Below are positions 29,590 to 38,959 of a stretch of DNA of 64,000 nt, piece by piece (position 1 is the first letter of the stretch; each line of letters begins with the position of its first letter). The stretch spans positions 15,125 to 79,124 of the forward strand of contig JAJZCG010000001.1 in assembly GCA_021846225.1 (NCBI GenBank). Direction: 5' to 3'. This DNA comes from Pseudomonadota bacterium (GTDB lineage: Bacteria; Pseudomonadota; Alphaproteobacteria; Acetobacterales; Acetobacteraceae). Below the pieces are notes generated by a model. That model did not search any database. It was not told the origin of the DNA and was given only the letters and a program-made list of their open reading frames with translations. The translations under genes were made by a program, and so were the position numbers.

Positions 29590-29716
29590 GGCCCTAATGT
29601 GCGCGCTTGGCTTAAATTGGCAACACTCGGTTGTGGCTGATATGCGCGCGGGGCAGAAGATGCCGCTACGATGATTGGATGAACGATCGGATGATTGAAG
29701 GTATGACGTGGTGAAT

Positions 29717-30001
29717 ATGAGCAAGAGAGATGATCGGATGCGCGATCTGCTGATGGCGGCTTTCAAGCCGGTCCGGCTGGAGATCGCCGATGAGAGCCGC
29801 AAGCATGCGAGCCATGCCGCCCGCAGCGGGCTGGAGGCCGGTGAGACGCATTACCGCGTGCTTATGGTCTCGCCGGCGCTGGCCGGGCTCTCGCGCGTGG
29901 CGCGCTCGCGCGCGGTGCATGAAGCCCTGGCGGCGGAGTTCACCTCCGGGCTGCATGCGCTGTCTCTAATCCTGCGCACGCCCGAAGAGGCGCAGGATTA
30001 A
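29717..30001 (+). CDS. bolA: BolA family protein
   Basis: DESRKHASH, ETHYRV..VS, SRVARSRAV, GLHALSL. Alternative GTG start at 29708. Confidence 0.9.
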   Translation: MSKRDDRMRDLLMAAFKPVRLEIADESRKHASHAARSGLEAGETHYRVLMVSPALAGLSRVARSRAVHEALAAEFTSGLHALSLILRTPEEAQD

Positions 30002-30009
30002 GAAGTTCC

Positions 30010-31446
30010 TCAGTTGCGGCCGTAGGTATCCTCGAAGCGGATGATGTCGTCCTCTCCGAGATAGGGGCCCGATTGCACCTCGATGATGGTGAGGGGGATT
30101 TTGCCGGGGTTTTCCATGCGGTGGATACAGCCCAGGGGCAAATAGACGCTTTCATTCTCATGAACCATGAGGGTTTCAGCGTCGCGGGTCACGGTGGCGC
30201 AGCCGGCCACCACCACCCAATGTTCGGCGCGGTGGAAATGCTTTTGCAGGGAGAGTTTCTGCCCGGGCCAGACGACGATTCGCTTCACTTGGAAGCGGTC
30301 ACCCTGGATCAGGCTCTCATAGAACCCCCATGGCCGGTAGGTGCGGTTGTGGGTGTCGGCTTCCGGCCGCTTCATCTGCTTCAGCCGGTCGACGATTTTT
30401 TTAACGTTCTGTGCCTCGTTTTTGTGAGCCACCAGCACCGCATCCTGCGTGGTGACCACCACCAGATCGCGCACGCCGAGCAGAGCGGTCATGATACCGT
30501 CACTGCGGGCGTAGCTGCCGTGAACATTTTCGAGCACGACATCGCCCAGGGTAAAATTGCCATCCGCATCCTTGGGCGCGATATCGGCCAGGGCCGACCA
30601 GGAGCCCACATCAGACCAGCCGATGGCTGCGGGAACCACGGCGGCTTTGCTGGTTTTCTCGGCGATGGCGTAATCGATGCTGATATCGGGCGCCGCCGCA
30701 AACGCCTCGGCGCCAAGCCGGATGAAGTCGAGGTCGGTGGTTCGCGTCAGCATGGCGGCGCGCACGGCCTCCAGCAGCTGGGGGGCCAAGCGCTCCATCT
30801 CGCTGAGCAAAACACTGGCACGGAACATGAACATGCCGGAGTTCCAGAGGTTGCCGCCTTCTGCCAGCAAGCGCACGGCGGTGGCGGCGTCTGGTTTCTC
30901 GATAAAACGATTGAGGTGGAAGACGCCGGGCAGGTCCTCCAGCGCGGCGCCCTGGGCGATGTAGCCGTAGCCGGTCTCCGGCGCGGTGGGCTGCATGCCG
31001 AAGGTGACGAAGTATCCAGCCTCCGCGGCCTTGGAGGCGGCGCTCACCGCGGCTTCAAGCGCTGCGAGGTCGCTGATCGAGGCGTCGGCCGCCATGATCC
31101 ATAAAACCGCATCGGGGCTGGTTTCCGCGGCCAGCAGCGCCGCTGCCGCAATGGCGGGCGCGCTGTTGCGTCCCACCGGTTCCAGCATGATCTGTGCTCC
31201 CTCGATGCCGGCGTCGCGCAATTGCTCGGCGACGACGAAGCGATGATCCTGGTTGGTCACGACAATCGGGGCGGTGAAGCGGGCGCCGGCGGCGCGCAGT
31301 GCGGTTTGCGCCAGCATGGAGTGCTGCGAAATGAGCGGCCAGAATTGCTTTGGGAAGCTCTTGCGCGAGACAGGCCACAACCGCGTGCCCGATCCGCCGG
31401 AGAGGATCACGGGGATAATCTTATGACTGTGTTCTGCGAAGTCCAT
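30010..31446 (-). CDS. manC: Mannose-1-phosphate guanylyltransferase / mannose-6-phosphate isomerase
   Basis: PVILSGGSGTRLWPVSR..PKQF, EPVGRNSAPA, WNSGMF, GWSDVGSW, cupin RPWG...LSLQKHFHRAEHW. Confidence 0.95.
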   Translation of the reverse strand: MDFAEHSHKIIPVILSGGSGTRLWPVSRKSFPKQFWPLISQHSMLAQTALRAAGARFTAPIVVTNQDHRFVVAEQLRDAGIEGAQIMLEPVGRNSAPAIAAAALLAAETSPDAVLWIMAADASISDLAALEAAVSAASKAAEAGYFVTFGMQPTAPETGYGYIAQGAALEDLPGVFHLNRFIEKPDAATAVRLLAEGGNLWNSGMFMFRASVLLSEMERLAPQLLEAVRAAMLTRTTDLDFIRLGAEAFAAAPDISIDYAIAEKTSKAAVVPAAIGWSDVGSWSALADIAPKDADGNFTLGDVVLENVHGSYARSDGIMTALLGVRDLVVVTTQDAVLVAHKNEAQNVKKIVDRLKQMKRPEADTHNRTYRPWGFYESLIQGDRFQVKRIVVWPGQKLSLQKHFHRAEHWVVVAGCATVTRDAETLMVHENESVYLPLGCIHRMENPGKIPLTIIEVQSGPYLGEDDIIRFEDTYGRN

Positions 31447-31458
31447 GCTGCATCCTGC

Positions 31459-31470
31459 CGTTGTACAACG
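31459..31470. promoter_or_regulatory. Perfect 12-bp palindrome in the manC / creatininase divergent promoter region
   Basis: CGTTGTACAACG. Confidence 0.4.
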
Positions 31471-31522
31471 AAATTAAATTTGGCTCTTTACGATTGTTAG
31501 CCGGAAACGGCAAAATAAGATC

Positions 31523-32347
31523 ATGAGCGATTTCAGACAAAATTACCGGCTTGGCGATATGACGGCTGCAACCTTCGCGCAAGCGGCGGCGGCAAACCCC
31601 GTGGTGCTGTTGCCCCTTGGCAGCCATGAGGATCATGGTCCGCATTTGCCGATGGGTGACTACCTGCTGGCGGAGCAGCTTGCCGTGCGCATTGCACAGG
31701 CCGCCACGGATAAAGGTGTTGCAACCTTTGCCGCACCCTGCCTGCCTTTTGGCGTTGCGGATTATTTTGGCGCCACGCCGGGCGGTCTGGCGCTTTCCCC
31801 TGCCAGTTTCCGGGCCGTGCTGGCGGAGCTGCTGGCCAGCCTGCTCGGGCATGGGCTGAGCAATATTGTCATCCTGAACGGCCATGGCGGCAATGTGCCG
31901 GTGATCCATGAGGTGACGCTGGAGATCAGGCGGACGCGAAATATCATTCTACCGTCATTTTATCTCTGGAAAATTGCGCGCCAGCTTATGGAGGCTCAGC
32001 TTGGCGCGGGCAGCCAGGGGCGTTTTGGCCATGGCGCGGAGCCGCTGCTTTCGCTCACCAAGGCGTTGCGGGAAGGTTTTGTGCAACCCGGCGGGGCCGT
32101 GGCGCATGGCCGCGAGACCATGCTGGGTCTCCCGGTTTCAGGTTTCGGCACCTTGGATTTTCACGGTCTTGCGGTTGATGCGCCGGTCGAGTTCGACCAG
32201 GTGCCGCGTGGGGCCACGCAGGCCGCGTGGCCGCTGGCCTCAGCTGAACTCGGGGCGCAAACCGCCGAGTCGCTGATCAGCATGGCAACGCAATTCGTGG
32301 TTCACTTTGGCAGGCTGGCGCGCGGTGGCGCCGGCGGTGTGGTCTGA
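31523..32347 (+). CDS. Creatininase-family amidohydrolase of unknown substrate
   Basis: PLGSHEDHGPHLP, ILNGHGGN and GHGAE metal-binding motifs. Confidence 0.87.
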   Translation: MSDFRQNYRLGDMTAATFAQAAAANPVVLLPLGSHEDHGPHLPMGDYLLAEQLAVRIAQAATDKGVATFAAPCLPFGVADYFGATPGGLALSPASFRAVLAELLASLLGHGLSNIVILNGHGGNVPVIHEVTLEIRRTRNIILPSFYLWKIARQLMEAQLGAGSQGRFGHGAEPLLSLTKALREGFVQPGGAVAHGRETMLGLPVSGFGTLDFHGLAVDAPVEFDQVPRGATQAAWPLASAELGAQTAESLISMATQFVVHFGRLARGGAGGVV

Positions 32348-32356
32348 GCTGCGGGA

Positions 32357-32485
32357 CTATTTGAGGAATTTCAGCAGAGTGATGCCGACAGCGGCAATGG
32401 CAACCAGCGTGGCGACAATCACGCCAAGCGGAAGCCCGAAATAATGCGGGTTGCTGGGGTCGTGGCCGTGGTTTTCAGAGCTCAT
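32357..32485 (-). CDS. Small 42-aa single-pass membrane protein (absent from the ORF track)
   Basis: SD-like AAAAGGA 8 nt upstream of ATG. MSSENHGHDPSNPHYFGLPLGVIVATLVAIAAVGITLLKFLK, TAG stop. Fills most of the intergenic gap. Confidence 0.7.
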   Translation of the reverse strand: MSSENHGHDPSNPHYFGLPLGVIVATLVAIAAVGITLLKFLK

Positions 32486-32561
32486 GTGGTCGTTCCTTTT
32501 TTCAGACAGAGGTCAAAGCGGTGATAAGAATGGTTTCCATCTACGTATCCGGCTTGGGCTG

Positions 32562-33818
32562 ATGGGGCAACTCGCCGCGGCGCTTCCGTTTGCCGGTGTT
32601 CTGCTCAGTTTCGCAATCCTCCCGGGCGTGGCGCCGCGTTTGTGGCATAGGTGGATGGCGGCGGTCATCGGCGGCTGGGTTGCCATGGGCTTTGCGCTGC
32701 GGATGCTCTCAGGCGGCCCGATGGATGCGGTGCAGACGCTCTGGCAGGTCTCGCTGGCGGAATTTCTGCCATTCATGACCTTGTTGCTGGCGCTTTATGC
32801 GCTTGGCGGGGGGATTTCGATTAAAGGCGGCCCTTGGGGGCGCCCTTCCGGCAACCTGCTGCTTCTGATTGTTGGCACGGTTCTGGCCTCGATCATGGGG
32901 ACGATCGGGGCCACCTTGCTGCTCATCCACCCGCTGCTGGCGGCCAATGGATATCGCGCGGAGAAGCGGCACCTGATCCTCGCCTTCATCATTCTGGTTG
33001 GCAATTGCGGCGGGGCGCTCTCGCCGCTGGGCGACCCGCCTTTGCTGGCCGGGTTTCTCCGTGGCGTGCCTTTTTTTTGGCCGGCGGTTCATCTCTGGCA
33101 ACCGCTGCTGGTTCTGGCCGTGCCGGTGCTGCTGCTTTGCCTGGGGGCGGATATTTATTTCGCGCGGCGCGATGCCATGCCGTGTCCGCAAAAATTCCGC
33201 ATCGGCGGGGGGGTGAATGTTTTCCTGCTGGTGGTGCTGATCATCGCCATTCCTCTGGCCGGTATCTGGCATCCAGGCATGGTCACCATTCTATCCGCGA
33301 AGATTCCGGGGGAGCATCTGGCGTTGATCGTGCTTGAGCTGGGGTGCATCGCGCTCTCAGAGGCTCTGACCCCGCGTGCCATCCGCAGCCACAATCGTTT
33401 TGCCTGGGGGGCGATGCGCGAGATCGTCATGCTGTTTTTTGCGATCTTTGCCACCATCACGCCGGTGTTTCAGCTATTGCAGACGGCCGCTTTGGCCCCA
33501 AACCCGCTGTCCTGGTTCTGGGCCTCGGGCATTGCCTCCGCTATTCTCGACGCCGCGCCGACCTATCTGATCTTTTTCGAGGCGGCGGGTGGGCATGCCG
33601 CTAGTCTGAGTGCCGCACCTGCCCACCTGCTCACAGCCATAGCGGCTGGTTCGGTGTTTTTTGGGCCCGTTACCTACCTTGGCAACGCCCCCAACCTCAT
33701 GGTCCGCGAAATCGCGGCGCGCCGGGCGGTTAAAATGCCCGGGTTTTTCGCCTTCGCGGGACTCATGAGCCTCATCCTGACGCCGATTTACGTGCTGATG
33801 AGTTTTTTGTTTTTTTAA
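32562..33818 (+). CDS. IT-superfamily transporter (CitMHS_2 / putative sodium:proton antiporter type)
   Basis: LASIMGTIGA, GNCGGALSPLGDPPL, LDAAPTYL, TYLGNAPNLMV; many TM helices. ATG at 32562 preferred over TTG at 32451. Confidence 0.82.
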   Translation: MGQLAAALPFAGVLLSFAILPGVAPRLWHRWMAAVIGGWVAMGFALRMLSGGPMDAVQTLWQVSLAEFLPFMTLLLALYALGGGISIKGGPWGRPSGNLLLLIVGTVLASIMGTIGATLLLIHPLLAANGYRAEKRHLILAFIILVGNCGGALSPLGDPPLLAGFLRGVPFFWPAVHLWQPLLVLAVPVLLLCLGADIYFARRDAMPCPQKFRIGGGVNVFLLVVLIIAIPLAGIWHPGMVTILSAKIPGEHLALIVLELGCIALSEALTPRAIRSHNRFAWGAMREIVMLFFAIFATITPVFQLLQTAALAPNPLSWFWASGIASAILDAAPTYLIFFEAAGGHAASLSAAPAHLLTAIAAGSVFFGPVTYLGNAPNLMVREIAARRAVKMPGFFAFAGLMSLILTPIYVLMSFLFF

Positions 33819-33824
33819 GGTTGG

Positions 33825-33860
33825 ACGGTTAGATCAAACCGGAAGGTTCAATCTAACCGT
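33825..33860. terminator. Inverted repeat between the convergent transporter and gabT
   Basis: ACGGTTAGAT...ATCTAACCGT, 10-bp perfect outer stem with inner AACC/GGTT. Confidence 0.6.
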
Positions 33861-33871
33861 TTGAATTTGCT

Positions 33872-35149
33872 CTAAACCGTCAGCGCCTGTTCGAGAACGC
33901 CCAGCCCTTCGTCGAGCAGTGCGTCGGAGGCGGTGAGCGGCACGAGCAGCCGGATGGCATTGCCGTACACCCCGCAGGACAGCAGGATCAGCCCGTTTTC
34001 GCGGGCTTTGGCGATCACTTTTTTGGTCATATCCGCGTCCGGCTCGTTGGTGCCGCGTGTTGCCACCACGTCAAACGCGATCATCGCCCCTGGGCCACGG
34101 ATTTCAGCGATGGGGATGGTGTCGTTGCGGCGCGAGATAGCCGCCAGCCGGGATTTCATCTTCGCGCCGATATGGTTGGCGCGTTCGATCAGTTTTTCTT
34201 CCTCGATGACATCGAGCACGGCCAGCGCCGCGGCGCAGGCAATCGGTGAGCCGGAATAGGTGCCGCCCAGCCCGCCTGGCTCGGCTGCATCCATGATCGC
34301 GGCGCGCCCGATGACGCCGGAAAGCGGGAAGCCGCCCGCCAGCGATTTGGCAACGGTGATGATGTCTGGTTTCACGGCGGAGTGTTCGACGCCGAACATT
34401 TTGCCGGTCCGCGCGAAGCCGGTCTGCACTTCATCGACGATCAGCAGAATGCCATGCTTGTCGCAAAGGGCGCGCAGGGCCTCCATCAGCTCGGTTGGCG
34501 CCTGGATAAACCCGCCTTCCCCCTGCACGGGTTCCAGTACGATCGCCGCGGTCCGCTCCGGCTCGATATCGGCGCGGAACAACATGTCGATGGCGCGCAG
34601 GCTGTCCTGCACGGTCACGCCAAAGGGCGCGTGCGGGAAGGGGACATGGTAGATCTCGGCCGGGAGCGGGCCGAATTTTTTCTTGTAGGGCAACACCTTG
34701 CCGGTCATCGCCATCGTCAGCATGGTGCGGCCATGGTAGCCGCCGGCGAAGGTGATGACGCCGGAACGCCCAGTGGCGGCGCGCGCGATCTTCACGGCGT
34801 TTTCCAGCGCCTCGGCGCCGGTGGTGAAAAAGATGGTCTTGGCCGGACCCTCAACCGGGGCCAGCGCGTTCAGCCGTTCGGCCAGCGCGACATAGCTCTC
34901 GTAAGGCGAGACCTGGAAGCAGGTGTGCGAGAAGCGCGAGAGTTGTTCGGCGACCGCCGCCATCACCTTGGGGTGGCGGTGCCCGGTGTTCAGAACCGCG
35001 ATGCCGCCGGCAAAATCGATATAGCGCTTGCCCTCGACGTCCCAAAGCTCGGCGTTTTCGGCGCGTTGAGTAAAGACCGGGTGCGCATTGCCCACACCAC
35101 GGGGCACCGCGGCTTCGCGGCGGGCCATCAACTCACTGTTCGTACTCAT
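33872..35149 (-). CDS. gabT: 4-aminobutyrate--2-oxoglutarate aminotransferase
   Basis: WDVEGKRYIDFAGGIAVLNTGH, TGAEALENAVKIAR, EPVQGEGGF, DEVQTGFART, AKSLAGG (PLP lysine), GGTYSG. Confidence 0.93.
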   Translation of the reverse strand: MSTNSELMARREAAVPRGVGNAHPVFTQRAENAELWDVEGKRYIDFAGGIAVLNTGHRHPKVMAAVAEQLSRFSHTCFQVSPYESYVALAERLNALAPVEGPAKTIFFTTGAEALENAVKIARAATGRSGVITFAGGYHGRTMLTMAMTGKVLPYKKKFGPLPAEIYHVPFPHAPFGVTVQDSLRAIDMLFRADIEPERTAAIVLEPVQGEGGFIQAPTELMEALRALCDKHGILLIVDEVQTGFARTGKMFGVEHSAVKPDIITVAKSLAGGFPLSGVIGRAAIMDAAEPGGLGGTYSGSPIACAAALAVLDVIEEEKLIERANHIGAKMKSRLAAISRRNDTIPIAEIRGPGAMIAFDVVATRGTNEPDADMTKKVIAKARENGLILLSCGVYGNAIRLLVPLTASDALLDEGLGVLEQALTV

Positions 35150-35238
35150 ATTGGTTCCAACTCCTTAAGGGCCCGGCGAGCCTAGCAAGCTTTGCCGGTG
35201 TGTAAACGCGGTGTTGCGGATATCTGCCTTGAACGGGT

Positions 35239-35526
35239 TCACGGTCTGGCGGGAAGCGAGGCCCGTTTTATGAAGCCGGGCTCCGCCGGTGGTTGCGCGA
35301 GCGTATCCTTGATCGTTTCGACGATGGCGGCGTGCGGGCCGCGGCGGCAGAGCCGCAGGCATTCCTCGACCGCCACGGTGTCCCCGGCGATGAGGGCCTC
35401 CACGGCATCCTGGCCGACATTGCGCACCCAGCCGGAAAGCCCGAGCCGCCGCGCCTCGTTTGCCAGCCATTCGCGGAAGCCGACACCCTGAACCCGGCCG
35501 GTGATGAGCAGATGGGTTGTTTTCAT
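35239..35526 (-). CDS. acyP: Acylphosphatase
   Basis: ITGRVQGVGFR, GWVRN and GP motifs. Confidence 0.92.
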   Translation of the reverse strand: MKTTHLLITGRVQGVGFREWLANEARRLGLSGWVRNVGQDAVEALIAGDTVAVEECLRLCRRGPHAAIVETIKDTLAQPPAEPGFIKRASLPARP

Positions 35527-36218
35527 GCGCGGCAGAGGACCATGAAACGGGCGCTCACGGCAATATCCTGCGCGATGATCTGCCGCCGGGCGGCGGCCTC
35601 GGTGTCCATCCCCCAGCGGGTTTCCTGCCAGAGTTCTCCGAGGCCGGCGCAACGGCAGGCCGCATCCGGGGTCAGCGCCCCTGCCTCCACCGCGAGCGCG
35701 AGCACAAGGCTCCCCAATGCGGGGACGATCACGCCAAGCCCCGCCAGTTGATATTCGTCCATGCGCATCAGATGCGCGGTGAAAATGTCACGGCACTCAG
35801 GCGCTTGCCGCAGCGGCATGACTCCGGAGGTGGATTGCAGCCTGATGCCGAACTGCTGGCCCAGCCAGTCGATCCAGGGGTCCCACGCCTCGGCCTCGCG
35901 CTGCACCAGCCCCGGCGGGCCTTCGGCGCGGTAGCAGAGCAGGTCGTTCATGCCGTAAGCCGCCAGTTGCCCGGCGATCTCCTCGCGGTGCAGCCGGATA
36001 CGGTCCTGCGCTGTTGTGGCAAGGCGCGTGAGGGGCAGGTCATCGGGCGTGAAATCCGTGCCGGCCGTTGCCCATTCAGTGGCAATGGCGGCTGCCAAAA
36101 CCTTGAACGGCACGCGAAGCGCGCCGCCGCTGGGGAGTTTAAGGGGGCGGTTGTCCAGCAGGATGATGAAATCCGCGCCGTCGGGCGCGGTGGAGGTTGA
36201 TGTCCAGAAGCGTTTCAT
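35523..36218 (-). CDS. ATP12-family F1-ATPase assembly chaperone
   Basis: MKRFW, LDNRPLKLP, IATEW, PLTRLA, DLLCYRA, WQETRWGMD. Confidence 0.88.
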   Translation of the reverse strand: MKRFWTSTSTAPDGADFIILLDNRPLKLPSGGALRVPFKVLAAAIATEWATAGTDFTPDDLPLTRLATTAQDRIRLHREEIAGQLAAYGMNDLLCYRAEGPPGLVQREAEAWDPWIDWLGQQFGIRLQSTSGVMPLRQAPECRDIFTAHLMRMDEYQLAGLGVIVPALGSLVLALAVEAGALTPDAACRCAGLGELWQETRWGMDTEAAARRQIIAQDIAVSARFMVLCRA

Positions 36219-38698
36219 GGGCCGAGCAGTCCGTTCAACAGATTTTTCGGCGCGCCGGAAGGCGGAGCAGCGGCGCCTGGTATGCCGCCGGATGGCGGCT
36301 GCATGGCCGCTGCCGCCGGGCCGGGTTGGCCAAAGCGCCCCAGTTTCAGCGCCGCCGGGCAGATGTCCCCGCTGGTTGCCTGGATGCTGCCGGCCGGAGC
36401 CGCCTCAACCACCGGGGCGGTGAAGCTGCCGTCAATCGCCACCGGGCTGCCCGTTGCATTCGCCAGCATCGGCAATTGCGGGAGCACAACGATGCCGAGC
36501 GTCTCCCCCCCGGTATTCACACTGCCGCCCCCCTGTAAGCGCAAGCGGCTGGAATCCAGCGCCATGGCCCGGATGGTGGCGATGCCGTTGGCGGCATCAA
36601 CCCGCAACGCCAGGCAGCGCACTGGCACCGGCCCTGTGGCCCCGGCCAGACCGGCGGGCAGGCCGGCGGTTTGCAGCACGCCGCCGAACAGGCTTTGCAA
36701 GACCGAGCCGTCAACAACGCCGTTGGCCATGGCCAAGCCCAACTGCCCGTTCAGGCTGCTGGCGATGGCATGGAGGGTGTCGCCGCTGCTGGCGGCCGAG
36801 AGCCGGACCTGCATGGTGCCTTCGGCGGTGCCGGGCAGGCCAAAGGCTTGCAACATCGGAGCGAGCGCAAGAGCGGGGGCGCTCATCGCCAGGCTTTCCA
36901 CCGCAGGCTCCTTGCTGGCATCCACCGACAGGCGCGCGGTGAGGTTGCCGCCGGGGAGTTGCGCGCTGAGCGGGCTGACCGTGAGCAGCCCGTTTGCGAG
37001 AACGGCATGGCCCTGGAGCGCCGTATAGGTCATCTGGTGCCAGATCAGCGTATCCGCCGAGATTTGCACATCGGCACGGGCGGATTTCAGCCATGTCAGC
37101 GGCAGCGGCAGCGGCAGCGGCAGCGGCGTATCGGTGATGCCGGCGGTGGCGGCCGGGGGGGGCGTGGCTGGCTGCGGCATGGCCGCCAGTAAGGCATCGG
37201 CGTTCAACCCGGCGAACTGCAGGGCGAGTTGCAGCCTGGGCTGGGAGCCGAAATACAGGCCGGCATCGCCGCCGAAGGCCGCGTTATCCATGTTGACGGT
37301 GAGGCTATCCAGGCCAACGGCATTGCGCAGGCCAAGTCCGCCGGGGTCTATCAGCGTGGTTTGCGCGGTGATGTTTTTCCATGCGGGCAAGCTGACGCCC
37401 ACGGCCGGGCTGAGCGCCGAGAGGTCAGGGATGGTCAGGTTCAGCGCCAGCGCCGCGCCCGCGAGCGCCGCGGGGGTTGCAATCGCGCCGGTGAGACTGG
37501 CCTTGGCCGCCCCGAACCGCGCATTGACCGTGACGGGAAAGCTGCCCTGCGGCCCGGTGCGCGCCGGTAGCAGGGCGGGATTCAAAAGCGCCTGGGGCGG
37601 GCCGAAATGGCCGGTGAGGGTGAGGGGGGTGCTGCCCAGCGTGGCCGTGGCGCTGAGTGAAAGCGGCTGGTTGAGCGATGCCATCTCGATGTCCAGCGCG
37701 TTGAGCGTCAGCCCCGGCCGGAGGGAGGAAAGATCAGAGATGCCGGCTTTGACGGAAAGGTCATCAATTGCCGGGATGGTTGAATTCTGGCTGGTGATCC
37801 GGGCTGAAGCCGTGATGTCATGCACCGGAGGCAGGGAGCCGGTCAGGCCGGGCGGGAGGCTGGCGGCCAGATCCTCCAGCGCGGGAATATCGAGTGCCAC
37901 GGCGAGGCGGTAGCCGCTCGCCGTGCGCGGGCGGGCGAGCGCGCCTTGCACCGTCGCGGCCGCGCTGCCCAGTTTTACAGTCAGATCAACCGGCCATGGC
38001 CCGCTGCCGATGCCGGAGAACCGCGCAATGGGCCCCACCACGCCGGACACGTTGAACGGCGCCGTGCCGAGAATCGCCGTGGCTTTTATATGTAGCGGGG
38101 CGGTGGGAGAAGCTGCTGTTCCGGTCAGATTCGGCAGGGCGATAATGGTTGGCGCGGGGGTTTTGATCGTGAGCCGCCCGTTTTCGATTTCCACCGCCTG
38201 CAGAGCGACCTGATAGCCATGGAACTCATCCGGTGCCATGGCCGCCGCGGGGTGCGCGGTGGTGAAGTCCCAGTTCGATAAGCCGCCGGGGCCGCGTTCC
38301 AGCACGATATCAGGGCTGACGAGCACTAGTTTAAGGATGTTCAGCCGGTGCGAGAGCAGGGGCAGCAGCGCGATCCTGGCCTCGATGCGCTTGAGTGTCA
38401 GCATCTGGGCGCCGGTGAAACCGGGCGGATTTGAAAGACTTATGCCGCTGGCCTCAATGACCGGATGAAGTGAAAGCTGCAGGGTGAGAGGCCCGCTCAG
38501 GTGCAGCTGCCGGCCGGTTGCCTGATCCACGGCCGTGATGATTTCCGGGGCGTAATGGTTCGGGTCGAAGCGTTCCACCAGAACCAGAATGCCTGCCGCG
38601 GGCAAGGCTGCGAGCAGCAGGGCGCCAAGGGCGGCCCACCGCCACAGGCTCATCGTCCGGCGCCGCGGCTTCGCCGAGTTTTCGCTAGATTGGGTCAT
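36215..38698 (-). CDS. AsmA family protein
   Basis: N-terminal TM helix then FDPNHYAPEI..ATGRQL, ARIALLPLL; beta-rich repeats; C-terminal VPVRCLALR. Confidence 0.85.
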   Translation of the reverse strand: MTQSSENSAKPRRRTMSLWRWAALGALLLAALPAAGILVLVERFDPNHYAPEIITAVDQATGRQLHLSGPLTLQLSLHPVIEASGISLSNPPGFTGAQMLTLKRIEARIALLPLLSHRLNILKLVLVSPDIVLERGPGGLSNWDFTTAHPAAAMAPDEFHGYQVALQAVEIENGRLTIKTPAPTIIALPNLTGTAASPTAPLHIKATAILGTAPFNVSGVVGPIARFSGIGSGPWPVDLTVKLGSAAATVQGALARPRTASGYRLAVALDIPALEDLAASLPPGLTGSLPPVHDITASARITSQNSTIPAIDDLSVKAGISDLSSLRPGLTLNALDIEMASLNQPLSLSATATLGSTPLTLTGHFGPPQALLNPALLPARTGPQGSFPVTVNARFGAAKASLTGAIATPAALAGAALALNLTIPDLSALSPAVGVSLPAWKNITAQTTLIDPGGLGLRNAVGLDSLTVNMDNAAFGGDAGLYFGSQPRLQLALQFAGLNADALLAAMPQPATPPPAATAGITDTPLPLPLPLPLTWLKSARADVQISADTLIWHQMTYTALQGHAVLANGLLTVSPLSAQLPGGNLTARLSVDASKEPAVESLAMSAPALALAPMLQAFGLPGTAEGTMQVRLSAASSGDTLHAIASSLNGQLGLAMANGVVDGSVLQSLFGGVLQTAGLPAGLAGATGPVPVRCLALRVDAANGIATIRAMALDSSRLRLQGGGSVNTGGETLGIVVLPQLPMLANATGSPVAIDGSFTAPVVEAAPAGSIQATSGDICPAALKLGRFGQPGPAAAAMQPPSGGIPGAAAPPSGAPKNLLNGLLGP

Positions 38699-38833
38699 TC
38701 TGGGAGGCAGATAGTCGGTTTTACGCAGTTATACGAGTGCCAAGCTTGTGAAGTGCCAGGACTCGCGCTAGACGGCGCGGCTTGATGTTGGTATCGCGCG
38801 GGGCGGTCAAGCTGGCCGCGCCCCGGCGGCTAA

Positions 38834-38918
<85 letters not shown>

Positions 38919-38959
38919 GGTTGTGGTTTTGTTGTTGATTTTTGAGGAATTTTTCGTCG

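Noticed and set aside
35170-35200. Sigma54 promoter upstream of gabT (minus strand CGGCAAAGCTTGCT)
   Set aside because: The GG-to-GC spacing is 8 nt, not the required 10.
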